Positions 44,047 through 59,010 of a stretch of DNA of 64,000 nt are shown in pieces. The DNA comes from the human T2T-CHM13v2.0 reference genome, Homo sapiens. Both the position numbers and the translations under genes were made by a program. Below the pieces are notes generated by a model, which had not been told where the DNA came from, made no database searches, and was given only the letters and a program-made list of their open reading frames with translations. Location of the stretch: the NCBI RefSeq assembly GCF_009914755.1, contig NC_060930.1. One strand, 5' to 3'. The stretch's first letter is position 1; each line of letters starts with the position of its first letter.

Positions 44047-46112
44047 GCTTCCTTTGCCAATAGGATAGTAGTGTATGTGACATAATCCAGTACGTGGCAT
44101 GTGCTTGTTTGGTGAGGCCTGCCCTTCTGAATTCCTGCCTTTCACCACGAGAAGAACTGTCCTTGGGTAGCCACTGGCTTAAGGATGATGGACTCATTGA
44201 GCAGACTGGAAACATCCACATTCACTGCCCGAAGCAGGGCCAAGCTCAGCCCAGCCCCAGCTCAACTCGGGTGGAGCCGAGAGGTGTGAGAAGGCTGGAC
44301 GTAGTGTCAGGGGCCAGTGAGCTGCCCGGTTTCTTAGTACTCAGCCATAGCTGACCAGTGACCTTCTGTACAGTTACCGATTTATTAGATGTGTGACCTA
44401 TTGTCTGTCTCTTATCACAAGAAGGGAAGCTGCATTAGGGCCGAGAGCTTTTCCGCACTGCTGCCTCCTAAGTTCCTGGCATGTGGCGGGTCTGCGACAC
44501 AGATGCATTTCATAAAGGAAGCAAAGACCTCAAGTCCGAACCCCCACCAAAGTGAGAAGCAGGAGTTTGTCAGGTACTATTTCGCTAAAAGGAATGAAAG
44601 AAGATGGAACCAAAGAAGGAGGCGGTGTTGCCGATGTGTAGAGGTCAGAAGTGGGCCTGCTGCCATCAGACACATGGGGGGTGGCACAGCCTCCAGGTGA
44701 CCTGCAGCTGCCACAGCAGGAGAACACTGACGGTAACACATAGCAAGTGCACGGACGCCTCAGGGACAGGTTTCAATGTCAATGAAGGTCATTATTGGCT
44801 GAGCAGCACAAGGGTTCCCTAACAATCACGAATAATGAAGAGCGCAGAGTATCCACCCATCTCCCAGGACACTGAGCCACCTGAATGCAGGCTCGACACC
44901 CAAGAGGAGAGAGGACAATGGGGCCTGAATGAACTTGGGGTGATGCAGCAGCAGAACTTGATCTATGAGGCTCTGGTGATGAGCAGTGTGGACACTGATA
45001 GGCAGGTGCTCAGATGCTGCCAGCTGTTTTTAGGTTTCAGAACAGAATCTTTGGGGCAGCTCCACAAACGTGCCTCGATGTAGGAGGAAGGCAAGGCTGG
45101 TGGCCTTCAGCTCTGGATCCTGCAAGGACATCTGAAATCTGCCTCTGCCATCTGCCTCTGAACTCCCTCTCCATCCCCTTCCCTCCCCTCCACTGGTGAG
45201 GTTGGACCCATAAGGAGAAGGAGAAGGTAACTTGGAAGGATTGAAGTAAACTCTGGTGTATTGAAGAGATTTGGAGACAAGGTTGACAATTCATAGAAAA
45301 TAAATCATATATCTATTTTAATAACACTTAGCTATATATTAATTGGCAAACTCTGTTGCATCTACACATTGTCCCAACAATGCGTTTTAGAGTTCTGCAA
45401 CAATAATAACCACAAAACACTGAAAAAGTTTCAAACATCTTCCAGCACTTGGAAACAAATTCTAGATTCTATTTTCCCAATCTATTGCTGTCTATGAGCA
45501 GTGCTATGGCAGAAGGGCCTAATCCAGTACTCAACTTTCTAAGCCTGACATTTTCCACATATGTAAATAGGTCTTCTTGAATTTCTATTAATACTTTTAT
45601 AGATAAGAAAGTTGGACTATTAACTGAGACTAAATAACTTGCCAAAGGTGACAGAGTGGTTTGGCATCATTCAGACTATGAGTTTCAACATACAAGTCAT
45701 GAGAATCTAGGTTATCGTATGGCCACTAAACCACATTTCCACTTTGCCTCCCACTACAAAAGAATGCAAATTGAAGAAATTTAACAGTGGGAGGCTTCTG
45801 AATACAGTCATGAATTTTCTGCCTGGGCTACTGTAGAAACAATGTGTCTCAATTCACAGCTGGTATGTTAAAAATCATCTTCCCCAAGTCAATAAATCCC
45901 CTCTGTCGCCTCAACTTGAAACTGCCTGTTCTTCGTTCTTCATGTTTACTCGATGCTTATTTCCATATCGTGTCACAGAAGCAGTGCCTTTTCCAATATC
46001 CATCCTCACAGACCTTATACCCTCATCACATCTGGAAGCGTTCTTCTGGATAAGCATCTGAGGATGCCATCGAGGTCCCGCTAGGGAGCCCTCCTTCTGT
46101 GGCCTTCCTGAG

Positions 46113-46121
46113 TACACACAT

Positions 46122-46158
<37 letters not shown>

Positions 46159-46184
46159 CATGCATGTACACACACATGTACACA
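46113..46184. repeat. (CA)n microsatellite with CATG interruptions
   Basis: Directly visible. Confidence 0.95.
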
Positions 46185-47922
46185 TAGAGCTCCCTGTTTG
46201 TGCTTTCATCTTCTGATGACCAGATCCTGTCTTTACTATTTCCTGTTGCTCTAGTGAGTCTCTTCCAGGGCTCCAGCGCAGGCCCTCCGATGGCCATCAC
46301 TACCCCCGGCTCCTCTGTGTGCATTGGTTTGCACACTCTTCTGACTTCATTTGCTTTACAATGAGGCAAGGATTCTGTTTTCTAGAACACAGGAGAATTA
46401 TCATTTGATGTGTCTGAAGGATCTTTATTGCAGGAGAAACAGCTGTTGATGGAGAGCCGGGGTGGTTGGGGGTGGAGGGGAGTGGTGATGGTATCCATCT
46501 CAGCTCCACCTTGAATAGATGCTGTCCCTCCTATTTGCCCCATGGGTCCACCTGGCCTGGAACACTCTAAATGCAGCAAGTCCACGTACACCTGTGCTGC
46601 TTCTGCCTGTCAGCAGCTCTGCTTAGCAAGCTTAGCCAAGAGAAAGTCCTGCTCCTCATTAGGGTCGACGAGTTCTTCCCCACAGAGCAGCCTACTCCCT
46701 GGCATAGGCCTTCTGGGATGAACTGGTGCCCAGAAGCAAAATCAAAAAAGAAATTCCATCGTAAATATTGGAGATTCATTTTCTGTCCACTTCAAAATCA
46801 AGGCCTCTGATGATCAACGTGATTGGTCGTCCAAGCAGCCATGTCATTACCAACCTGCCCCACAACACAGTTGCTCACACATGACCAGCGACAGCTAGAC
46901 ACCAAAGTAGTGAAGCAGCCTGCCCATCTGCAGCAGAGGGTCCCACAGAGGCCACCGCTCCTGGAACTGACGGGCCCTGATATCGCACACAGGAACAGCA
47001 CTCACGGTTGTGGCTTCCCGAACACAGGACAGAGGCAGCGCATGATGTTTGGACTCGAAAGCACCCGCATCATTTCTCCTTTCCCAACTCATACTGAACT
47101 CTGCATGGACAGGTTCCCTCCTTAGCAGCAAAACTTCCCCAGTCAGACTTACAAGCCAGACTTGCCCAGTCTCTCTTGTTTCTTCAACAAGAGAGACTTC
47201 AGACCCTATGTGGCTATGAAGCACCTCACCAGGTCATCCCTCGAGGAGGCTGGAGAAGGAGGCAGCTCTCCACCGAGCTCTGATTCTGGAGGAGCGAGCA
47301 GGCTCTCCACCTCCACCCAGCTCTTATTCTGTAGGACGGAACACTCCAATGCAGGATGCAAGACAAGATTCATCACTAAGCTGTTGCCTAAATGTCAATT
47401 TAGCCTTTATTGAACATCCATCTGGTATTTGAATGTGCATTGGGGATCTGGGGGAATTTTGTTTAGAAATAGAAAACACAGACCCTTCTTCAAGAGGCCA
47501 TAATCGAGTTGGAGAAATGTTTGATATTAAGCTGTAAAGAGAGTCACGCAGGATCAATTGAGAACATGTGAAATTTTTCGCAAATAGTGAGAAATCATCC
47601 GAACACCACCTGCATAAAAACCCACCTAACTCCCACTGTAAGCTCCATCTGAACCTAATGAGGATGGTAGTTACCGATTTCCAAAAAGGTTGTCTTCATT
47701 CCTTTGATTTGCGCTGTAAGTGTTAAACTTTAAAAATAGTCTAAAGGTACTAAAAATGATTTCATGTTTTTCTCAGTACAATTTTGTGAGGTTTATGTTT
47801 AATTAGCCAAGTGTTACATTGAGGATATGAGAACGAGCAATATTCTGTTGCTATAAATCCTTCAGTTACTAAACCATACGGAGATTTCAGTAAAGAGAGG
47901 TGGAGGCAACAGTCACACGTGT

Positions 47923-48125
47923 GCACACACACACGAATACACACACATACACACATAAACATGCTTATACACAGATACACGCATGCAAACATATATATAC
48001 ACAAAGATACACGCACACATACACATGCATATACACAAACACATGCATACACGCACAGAGCTACATGGACACACACAGGTGCATACACACATAAACAGAC
48101 ACATATACACATACATATACACATA
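47923..48125. repeat. Degenerate (CA/TA)n tract, ~200 bp
   Basis: Directly visible. Confidence 0.93.
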
Positions 48126-48127
48126 GA

Positions 48128-48600
48128 TTGCTAGGGCTGCCATGACAAAGTACCACAAACCAGGCAACTAAAAAAACACAAATTGATTCTCTCACAGCTC
48201 TGGAGGTAGAAAGTCAAAAACCAAAGGCCACGCTTCGTCTGAAACCTGGGAGAGGAGCCTTTCTTGCCTCTTCCTGGCTTCTGGTGTTGCCAGCAATCTT
48301 TCACATTCCTTGTCTTGGAGATGCCTCCCTCCAGTCTCTGCCTCTGTCCCCCAGGGGCAGTTCCCCTGTGTCTCCTCACATCACACTGCCTCTGTACGTC
48401 TTCCCTCTCCTCCCCTTGTCTCTCGTCCTATAAGGACACCAGTTAGATTTGATTAAGGCCCTACCCTACTCCAGTAAAACCTCATCTTAACTTAGATCTT
48501 CATAACATCTGCAAGGACTCCATTTCCAAATAAACTACCACTCACAGGTACCAGAGATTAGGGCCCAACATCTTTTTCTGGGAACACAATTCAACCCACA
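48128..48600 (-). mobile_element. MaLR LTR (MLT1C-like)
   Basis: tagggctgccatgacaaagtaccacaaac...acacaattcaacccaca. Confidence 0.8.
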
Positions 48601-49507
48601 GGTACACACACCCTCCACAAACAAATAATGTTGGCTTAGTTTTTAATTAATTGTGCTGAAGTGATATGTCATTTACATTTTCTGTCTGAGTTCCTGTATT
48701 GTGCGATCTTGAATTTTCCAGAGTAATTGACTTAATCTATTCATTTCTAAGATACAGAATAAGGTACCCCTAACTTTTACCATTGCATAGCTCAGGCAGG
48801 ACTAGTATAAATGATGAAGACAGGAAGATTATTAATATTTTCATCACAGACCCCTCATATTTTCATTATTTAACACATAATAATCTTCTAAGACTACTCA
48901 ATCTTCTAATAATATTTAAATTTTCAATTTAAAATATTATTTTTATTCTGCAAAGGACATCATTGGGTCAGCTGACAAAATTGGAAAACAGCTGGTAACT
49001 TAGATAAAAGCACTGTATCAATGTTAAATTGACTTGAATAACTGTACTGTCTTAATGTAAGAGAATATAAGTTGCTTAACTGAACACTAAAGTATTTATT
49101 AGTAAAAGACCATCATATCTGCAAATTTCTCTTAAATAGTACAGAAAATTGTAATGAATAACGTGTGTGTGTTGAAAGACACAGAAAAGGAGATATAGCA
49201 AATAGGGTGAAATATGAACAATAGCTCAACTGTGACAGATGTTATAAAGGGTGTTCTTAATATTATTTTTGTATTATCTATAAATTTGAAATTTTCAAAT
49301 GAAAACTTAAAAAGAGATTAAAGTGCATTTTTAATTGTATTGAGAGATGAGTCTAAGAAACAACAAAATACACTCTCCAATTTTCAAACCATGCTCCTTA
49401 TCTTGGTGGGAGGACTTCAAAAAGGTGCCATAGTCATATGACAAATGAAAAGTAATTAAACTTAGTTTACTCCATTATCAAGACTGCGATAAAAGTCATA
49501 TTCTGGT

Positions 49508-49820
49508 ATTTTGTTCTGTTTTGTTTTGTTTTGTTTTTCAGACAGGGTCTCACTCTGTTGCTGAGGCTGGAGCGCGGTGGTGCGATCACAGTTCGCTGTA
49601 GCCTCAAACTCCTGAGCTCAATCGATCCTCCCACTTCAGCCTCCTGAGTAGTTGGGACCACAGGCATGCACCACAATGCCTGGGTAATTTTTGTATATTT
49701 TGTAGAGATGGGGTTTCTACTTGTTGCCAAGGCTGATCTCAAACTCCTGGGCTCAGGCAGTCCGCCCACCTCAGCCTCCCAAAGTACTGGGATTATAGGC
49801 ATAAGCCACAGAGCCCGGTC
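49508..49820 (-). mobile_element. AluJ
   Basis: Diverged Alu with a (TTTTG)n tail. Confidence 0.9.
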
Positions 49821-50691
49821 AGATCATATTCATTTAACTTTAAAGTTGAAAGGATGACACAGATAGAAAATATTTTTTAGTTATAAATACCATATTGGGT
49901 GTACCCCTTACCCACACATCAACAGTCCTCAAAGGCAGGGGGGGAAGGGGGATGACTCAGAAATCCCGAGTCCTGAGGAATTACCACTGTGGGGCTGGGT
50001 ACTTGATCATACGAGAAGGTGAGGAGGTGGATTCTGGACTTGCATTTATGGTGACAATGAATCTGAAGTACAATGTCAAGGGTTTAGATAACAATGTTAA
50101 GAAAAAAATGTTAGGGAGAAACTGGGTCAAGGTATATGCATTTTGGAATTATTGGTTCTGTGTGGGCTCTAGAAATAAAGCGACAAAAAAAATAGCAAAT
50201 ATCCCAGTTGCTTAATAGCTTATTGTCCTGCGTAGCGAACTTTTTTCTTAAGGGAAATATCTATTTTTTGGATTTAACATTATTTAACATGTAAGTCACC
50301 TTATTCACTCATCAATTTTTGAAAACTAAAAATATAAATCATTCCATTTTGGTGATAAAATTTTAATTTCCTATACTGATAATAAATTTTTCCTTGACAA
50401 ATGCACTTAGGGCACCCTTCACACTGAAAAACTACAAGAGACAAGTCCCACATCATCAACAGAATGTAAGAATGTAGGTGGATGAAGGATACCACCTGAG
50501 ACTCTACATTTCTGTTAAACTGGCTTCAAATTATTAAGTAGCTAATCTAAACAAGTGTGCCTGTTTCTGCTCTAAAGCAATGTGGAATTCTTTCAATCCC
50601 TTAGGACGTGTTTTTAATAATAAACTTTTAAAAATGTGTTTAATAAAATATAACAAACTTTATAATGAGTATTCATACTCATACATACATA

Positions 50692-51067
50692 GTATTACAG
50701 GTTGAGCTGTGCCCCCTTAAAATTCGTGCATTGAAGTCCTAACCCCTAGTGCCTCAGAATGTGATTATAGTTGGAGATGGGGCCTTCAAAGAGTTAATTA
50801 AGGTTAAATGAGGTCAGATATGTGGAACTTAATTCAACATGACTGGAGTCCTTACAAGAAGCAGAGACTATGACACAGATATGTACAGAGGGAAGCCCAT
50901 CTGGAGATACAGGGAGAAGACAGCCATCTGCAAGCGAGGAAGAGAGGCCTCAGAAGAAACCAACCTTTTCAACACCTTGATCTTGGGCTTCTGGTCTGTG
51001 AGGAAATACATTTCTGTTATTTAAGCCACCTGGTCTGTAGTAGGCAGCCTGAGCAAACTAATATACA
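50692..51067 (+). mobile_element. MaLR LTR (MLT1B-like)
   Basis: aaattcgtgcattgaagtcctaacccctagtgcctcagaatgtga...gcaaactaatataca. Confidence 0.8.
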
Positions 51068-52321
51068 TGTATATTTTAGTTTTGTCTAAGAAAACTCTTG
51101 AATGGATTATGACAGACTGGAATTCTAGACTGATAATAAATTACTGTGTGACCTCCTTAAAATTTAGAGATAAGAGGAGGTCCTAGACAACGTCTAACGT
51201 TTCATCATTTTATACCCATATACAAAAGCTTTTTTTCTGAAACAGAAAGCATCATACCTTGGTTGGGAAGCTGACATTCCCTTGGATCAAGACATGGCTG
51301 CTAACTGTAGGAGTGACTACTTATGTAACAGTCATTCAAATGAAAATACCTATGCTAAAAATGATTATTTGCAACATTCATGTATTTACTTCTTATTAGA
51401 CAAGTAATTATTAAGCATATGGCATATACCTTATACTAGGCATTGGAAAAATCAAAAAATAAAATACAGTCATTATCCTTAGGATTCTAATTCAAATTCA
51501 ACACGATGTATGCTATAGCAGAGACATAAATACAGCCAAGGTGGTGTCTAGCTTTACCTGGGGAACTTGAGGAAGGCTTCCCAGAGGAGGAAAGTCTTTT
51601 GAGCTATATCTTTAAGGATGGGCAGGGGTTCGTCTGATGGGGAAGAGGAAGAAAGGGTACTCCAAGCAGAGGGAAGACTATCTGGTAAAATAGTAATTCT
51701 CAAAATGATCTGTAGATTCGAAATAATCCCTTTTGAAATATCATCAAAGTTTTTAAAGAACTAGACAAACTAACTCTAAAATTTATATGGAAATATAATG
51801 ATCTGTATTAGCCAAAGCAATTCTGAAAAATGAAACAAAATCTCAGGCCTTAAACTTCCTGATTTCAGGACTTGCTATAATGCAGCACACAAGCCAATAA
51901 ACTAGGCCAATCAATTGTCAGAAAGAAAGTTTTCTGGGTTTTACTAATGATTCCAAGCAGTAATTGTCCTTTAGTTTCTCAAAAAAAAAATTGTTTAATT
52001 TTCTAGTTCACCTGGCAAAATGAAAGACAGTTTTAGACATCATCATATACAGTTACAGAAATCAAGCCAGTGTGGTACTGGCATCAGGATGGATAAATAG
52101 ATCAACAGAACAGAAGAGTGAGTCTAACAGAGGAGCCAAGGTAGCTCAACGGGAGAGGGCTGGTCATTTCAATATACGGGGCTTGGACAAGAGGAGAAAC
52201 ATATGCACGATAGCAACAGTAACATAACCATTGTCCCTTACATCACACCAAACACAAAGATTAACAAGAAATTGACCAAGGATCTAAATGAAAGAGCTAT
52301 TACTTTAAATCTTCTAGAAGG

Positions 52322-52640
52322 GGCTGGGCACGGTGGCTCACACCTGTAATCCCAGCACTTTGGGAGGCCGAGGCGGGTGGATCACCTGAGGTCAGGAGTT
52401 CAAGACCAGCCTGGCCAACATAGTGAAACTCCATCTCTACTAAAAATACAAAAATTAGCCGGGTGTGGTGGCATGCACCTGTAGTCCCGCTACTCAGGAG
52501 GCTGAGGCAGGGGTATCGCTTGAACCTGGGAGGTGGAGGTTGCAGTGAGTTGAGATCGTGTCTTTGCACTCCAGCCTGGGTGACAGAGCAAGACTCTGTC
52601 TCAAAAATAAATAAATAAATAAATAAAAATTAAAAAAAAA
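52322..52640 (+). mobile_element. AluSx-like
   Basis: Full-length Alu; TSD-like aaatc(tt)ctagaag. Confidence 0.93.
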
Positions 52641-52785
52641 TCTAGAAGGAAAAATATAACAGACATTTTCTTTGTAACCTTGAGCAAGACAACAATTTCT
52701 AGATAAGATAAACCAAAAAATGAACAGTAAAAGCAAAAAATCAATATATTGGACTTCATCAAAATTAAAATTAAAATGTTGTTGA

Positions 52786-53087
52786 AGCCAGGCATGGTAG
52801 TTCACACCTACAATCCCAGTGCTTTGGGAAGCTGAGACGGGAGGACTGCTTGATCCCAGGAGATTGAGGCCAGCCTGGGCAACACAGGGAGACCCTGTCT
52901 CTAAAAGAATAAAAATAAAAATAATTACTCAGGTGTGGTGGTGTTTGCCTGTAGTCCCAGATACTCAGGAGGCTAAGGCAGGGGGTGGGAGTCCCTTTAG
53001 GCCAGAAGTTTGAGGCTGCAGATTACGGCACTGTACTCCAGCTTGGGCAACAGAGCAAAAGCCTGTGTCCAAAAGGGGGAAAAAAAA
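52786..53087 (+). mobile_element. AluJ
   Basis: Diverged Alu. Confidence 0.88.
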
Positions 53088-55039
53088 CTTTGAAAGTCAC
53101 CATAAAGATGAAAAGGCAACCTTCAGACTGGCAGAAAATACATACAAATCATCTGTCTGAGAAAGGACCTATGTTGAGAGTATACATAAAAAAACTTACA
53201 GTTTAGTATTAAGAAAACAACCAAGCAACCAACAACCCAATTAAAAATGGAGAAAAATTTGAATAGATGCCACAGTAAAGAAGATAGCGGAATGTCAAAT
53301 GTGCACATGAAAAGATGGTGCAGATCATTACACAACAGGGAAATGCAAATTAAAACAATGTAAGATATTATCATGCACCTACTAAAATATCCAAAATTAA
53401 AAAGACTGACAATACCAAGTGTTGGCAAGGATATAGAGAAACTAAAGCCCTTAAATATTATTGTGGAGATACTTTAAAATGTTTTAAAAATAGTTTGGCA
53501 GTTTCTTTAAAACTGTAAAGTTTCTTTAAAAATTGAATATATGCTACCACAGAGTTTGGCAATTCCACAAAGTCTGCTCCCAAGAGGAGTGAAAACATGT
53601 ATACACAAAGGCGTTTACACAAATGGTCACAGCAGCATTATTTATGATAGTCAAAAGTGATGAAAGAATTAGAATAAAACCTGAATAGGACATGGAACCA
53701 GAAGTTTTCAGGCAGGAAGTAACAAAGTGAGGCTTGTTTATTCAAAAGATAAATCAGACATGGAAGTTGGACTGAAGCAGGTGAGAGACTCGTAGCAGGA
53801 AGACCAGATGCTTAACCTCCTTGGATGGATTCTGTTTTAACTGACAGGAAGACAGTTGGATTTCCTAAAGGAGAGGCTTAGCTTGTGGGAGGAAGTGCAG
53901 TGGAAAGGATATGAACTTCTCATCATCCTGGTTCAGCATCCCAGGTGCGCACCTGAGCATGTGAGTCCCCCTTTGCCCAACTTCCAGTCTCAGGCGCCTC
54001 ACCCACCACAGGAGGGGATGTCCCCAGCCTCACCGGGCTGCGGCGAGGCGGTGCAGTATCTGTGGACAGCTTCTGGCTGATGCCTGCCACATGGGTGGGA
54101 CTCGGGGTAGCTGAGTTTCCTTCTCCTTCTCTTCTAACTTCTTATCCAAGGAAAAGGAAAAGACCTGTCTGGCCTTCCATAATCAGTAAGGTAAATTCAT
54201 CCATCCACAGAGAAAATAACCGGGAAGCCTACAGTGCACATTTTCTCTCTGCCCCCACCCCCTATGCCCATGCCGCATCACCATGACGACTCTCTGCCCT
54301 GCCAGGCTTGCTCTGCATCCCAGAAAGTTGGGCCCTTGGGGCTGTACCCACAAGGCTCCCCTGATCTCTGGCTGCCAGCTGCCACCCAGCTCTGGGTCAC
54401 ATTTTCTGACAGTGGCTTCATCCTTCCCTGCTACAGATCCTCTTGGCCATCCTCTTCCTCTCCTCCATGCCTCCTGGAGCTGCGGCAGCACTAAGCAGGC
54501 CACTTACTTCTGAAAGACTGGGGTGCTGATGGAGCTGGCAGTTTCTGGGTTCCTCACTACCACTGCCCACATCTCTGCAAATTCATCTTTGTCATTAAAG
54601 CATCTAGAATTATTTGGATTGATTCTGTTTCATACTCAGACCCCAATTCAAAGGGTCTAAAACAGGTAAAATGGACAGAGGTGGGGCAAATATATCCAAA
54701 TAAAAGAGGATCCTTTTATCTTATGCTCAGGGCCTTGCTGACAGAAGGTAGCATCTCTGGTGATGCGACGTTTTTTCCTCTCCAGGAGCAAACATCCAAG
54801 GAGCACAAACTGCCAGTCTCTAGTTGTAGTGAGCAACACTGGCTACACTGCTTTCTACTCTTATTCAAGCATTGTGCTGTGAGTGAATTAATATTGTGCT
54901 GTTTCCATTCCTGTTAAAATATTCTTCATAGTGACAAAGAATACACAAAAATGTCCAGACTGACATAACGGTGCCACCTGAAGCATAACTCTTGGAAGTC
55001 AAATGTGCTGTGACCAAAGAGGTTTCTAAAGAGACACAG

Positions 55040-55659
<620 letters not shown>

Positions 55660-56169
55660 CACAGTTTCTTCTCTGAATTTATGGGTCTTTGAGGTACTTT
55701 TATGACAATGAGAAAAACTCTCTTTAGGTGTGTGCAACCACATACCAGGGAACTAAGTCTAGGGAACAGACCATAAGCCGCATTTCATCCCCAATTCATT
55801 GCTGCAGCCAGGTATGCCTGTGCAGTATACAACCTACACAACTGCAAGTGGCAGCCGTTACTTCATATGATTCTAGGACACTCGCACTTACTTCTTGGAC
55901 TCAATTTTCATATGTATAAAATGAATAATGCTATACACTTTTCACCTAGCTTTATACAACTAGAGGTATTGTACTTTGAATTCAAAGAACTATAACTTAT
56001 CTAAAAACATTCAGGTATACAAAGTTCAACCATCCAAAGTGTTCACCTATACAAAGAAAAGTTACCATTCTTTTGTGGGCTGATTATAGGTTACTTAGCA
56101 GGGGACTTTTTGTTCCTGGTGGTTAACGCAGATCCTAATATCCAACTTGGTCAACTTTCAAAAGTGCCT

Positions 56170-57210
56170 TATCAGACTTTCACTTCTGGCTACAATGGAA
56201 TAACAAGCACTGAATTTATCTCCCTCCCTGAAGCAACCTAATAATTCCACAAAATATATGAAACAATGGTTTTCAAGACAGTGACATGAGACAATGTGGG
56301 ACAAAGGTCCGTGAGAGACAGGAAGCAAGCGTGCTGAGTCCTGCAATCACTCCAGCCTGCTGCCTTCAGAGAGTGGCCAGGCCCTGGTTCAGGGAGGGAG
56401 ACCCCAGCGGGAGCTCAGCAGACTTGCGGAATTGAACCCACAGGTCTGTGTGTAGGGGGAAGACGGGGCAGCTGGAGTTAACAGAACTGAGCAGAGAGAG
56501 CTGCACAGAGAAGACTAGAAAACTGTACGACGGGTTCACCTGAAGCGTCTGGCTGCTGGTGTAAACCTGCGCTTTGGAAAATGGTATGCACACGTACACT
56601 CACTATGGAAAAATAGTTTGGCAATTTCTTAAAAAGGTGAACATGTATCTAACAGGAGATCCAGCCATTCTTCTCCAGAATTTCTAACCAATGCAGAGAA
56701 AACCCGTGTGCATGCAAAAACTTGTACACAAATGCTCCTGGCAGCTCTGTTTGAAATAGCCCCAAACAGGAAGCCACCCAAATGTTCCTCAACTGATGAG
56801 TGAATAAACTGGTGGATCCCTGCAGTCCATGTGGCAGCAGGCTGCTCAGTACCAACGAGGAGGGAGCTGGGACATATGCAGCAGCATGCGTGAGTCTTAA
56901 AATAATGATGCTGTGTGAAAGAAGACAAGCAGAAAGAAACACACACTGGGTAACTCCACTTCCAAAACCTCTAAAAAATGGTAACTAATCTATGGGGACA
57001 GAGAACAGATCAGTGGTCTCCAGGAGATGAGAAGGGGAGGCAGAGTGGGGTGGGAGGGAGAGAATCCAAAGAAACCTGAGGCAATTGTGGGGGTGATGGG
57101 TTCACTGACTGTGATAGTGGTCTTACCGGTGTATACATGTATCATGACTAATTGAATTGCACACTTTCAATATGTTTGTTTTATCACACACCACTTATAC
57201 CTCAGTGAAA
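56170..57210 (+). mobile_element. Old L1M: 5'-end-like piece joined to a 3'-end piece
   Basis: acttctggct...aaacaatggttttcaagaca (L1M 5'-like), then tagtttggcaatttcttaaaaagg...gaattgcacactttc (3' end). Confidence 0.55.
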
Positions 57211-57330
57211 AATTTCATGCACAGAAAAAAGGTTTAAGAATACAGTGGCTTGTTTAACCAAAGATTTTCATATGTGGCTGTCTTCTCACAATGCAGCTGG
57301 AGGGAAGCCACAAGAAGAATGTGTTCACAC

Positions 57331-57422
57331 CCCAGGAGTTGGAGGTTGCAGTGAGCCGAGATCACGCCACTGCACTCCAGCTTGGGTGACAGAGTGAGAC
57401 TCCATCTCAAAAAAAAAAAAAA
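57331..57422 (+). mobile_element. Severely 5'-truncated Alu (~90 bp)
   Basis: End of the right arm plus an A tail. Confidence 0.88.
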
Positions 57423-59010
57423 TTGTTCATGCGCAGTCACTTTCTTAACCCCAATTTTGCTATTGAGCAACGTGTAAAAGGATTGTCACTATGCTGCATT
57501 TGAAAGCATGCCCTGTTTCAGATGTCCCAAATGGCAACAGGGTCACTCACAAAGAGAACACGGTTCAGTATATGCCTTGATTCCTGTCCTCCAAAACGGT
57601 ACCCATAGGTAAGTTCTCCCTGCAAAAGGGAACTGAAAAAATGAGGTCCTGGCTTTGGGCTTTCATTACTTTCATACACACACACGCACATGCACACGTA
57701 CTCACACACACATAAAGTTTTTGTTTTGTTATTCTAATTTGTGCTTCGATTTGCCCAGGAGACTGGGTCCTAGAATTTGATCAATTCTACCTTCCCGGTC
57801 CACTGCTAGAGAATTAATCTGGAATCACATTAAAAACTCCTGGAGCCCCCATCACTATAGCTTCTGAAGGAAAAGAATAGGAAGAAAAATCAATGTGCTT
57901 TGTGTATTCACAGACTTCTGATAAACTCTGGGCATGAATCCTGTCTCGATTTTAAGAGGCTCTAAATGGTAGTGAATTGTGAGCCTCACTGCAGAGCTAA
58001 GAAGTAGCCCCCTCAGAACTGGAGAGTAAACAGGGCCACGTGGGTTTCCCATGCCCAGTCCCCAGGGATTTAGACCTAGTGTATGTTTGTCACCACCAAC
58101 TAGTGACAAGGACAAATTTTCCAATTAGAAGAAAGTCCTTTATTTGAAACTATATATTTCCCAGATTTCCTGTTAAAATGATTCCCTTTTATTAAGTGAT
58201 GTTGAGACTAGATACTTTTGTTACTGTGTTTTTAAACATCCTTACATGGTAAAATGAAATATTGTAAACCTATATTGCTCAGTCCTCCACTTTATTTTTA
58301 AGAAAAGTTAACTTGTTAATAAAACTGAAAAGTCTTAAATGTATCAATACTTGTCATTGCATGTGGAAAATTTTATCGACATTTTGGTTTTGGTTTATAT
58401 AGACTAAGTTACAATAAAAACAAAGAACTGTGAACACAATCACACATGATCACGAATGACAACGCTACTCCTACAGCGTAAGAAATCTCATCTTAAATTT
58501 CCTCAACCCAATATTTTCAAAAAGAACTTGACCTGCCAAGCTTCCAGAAAACACAAATAAGGAGGCAGAATAATCACTTCCCACCGTTGCTCCAAGGAGA
58601 CCCCCGAAGAGCCTGAAGATGTGAAGCTCTGATAAGGTAACTAATAATTCCTTGGATAGTCTACTGGCGTAGGAGCCATGGAAACAGAGAAACAGCATTG
58701 GCACCAATGAAGGTTAATCAAATCATAACACAGACATGCATTTTATTACTCTGACGGCACACAGCAACACAGAGTTATCAGGTGCAGATGAACCTAATTA
58801 GATTGGGTAGGGGGAAATGGACAGCTGTGAGGTGACTGCTTTGAGCTCTCCTGAAAGATAAGGTCAGATTTACCAAAGACACATAGGTGGAAACTCAAAG
58901 ACCAGTTTTTGGTAGAGGGGCAGGTCCTTGTGAGACTCAGTCCTACTATCCTGAGGTCAAGAAGTTCAAAACAAAGTGGAAAGACTGGACATCTGATTCA
59001 CTTGTTTTAA

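Larger units (their letters stand above)
51690..53690 (+). mobile_element. Old L1M ORF2 region interrupted by two Alus
   Basis: ORF2-like motifs (aaatttatatggaaat, gtgtggtactggcat, aaaaggcaacc..agactggcagaaaata). Confidence 0.75.

Noticed and set aside
54030-54060. Small CpG cluster resembling a CTCF site
   Set aside because: Several mismatches at core CTCF positions, and too short to be a CpG island.
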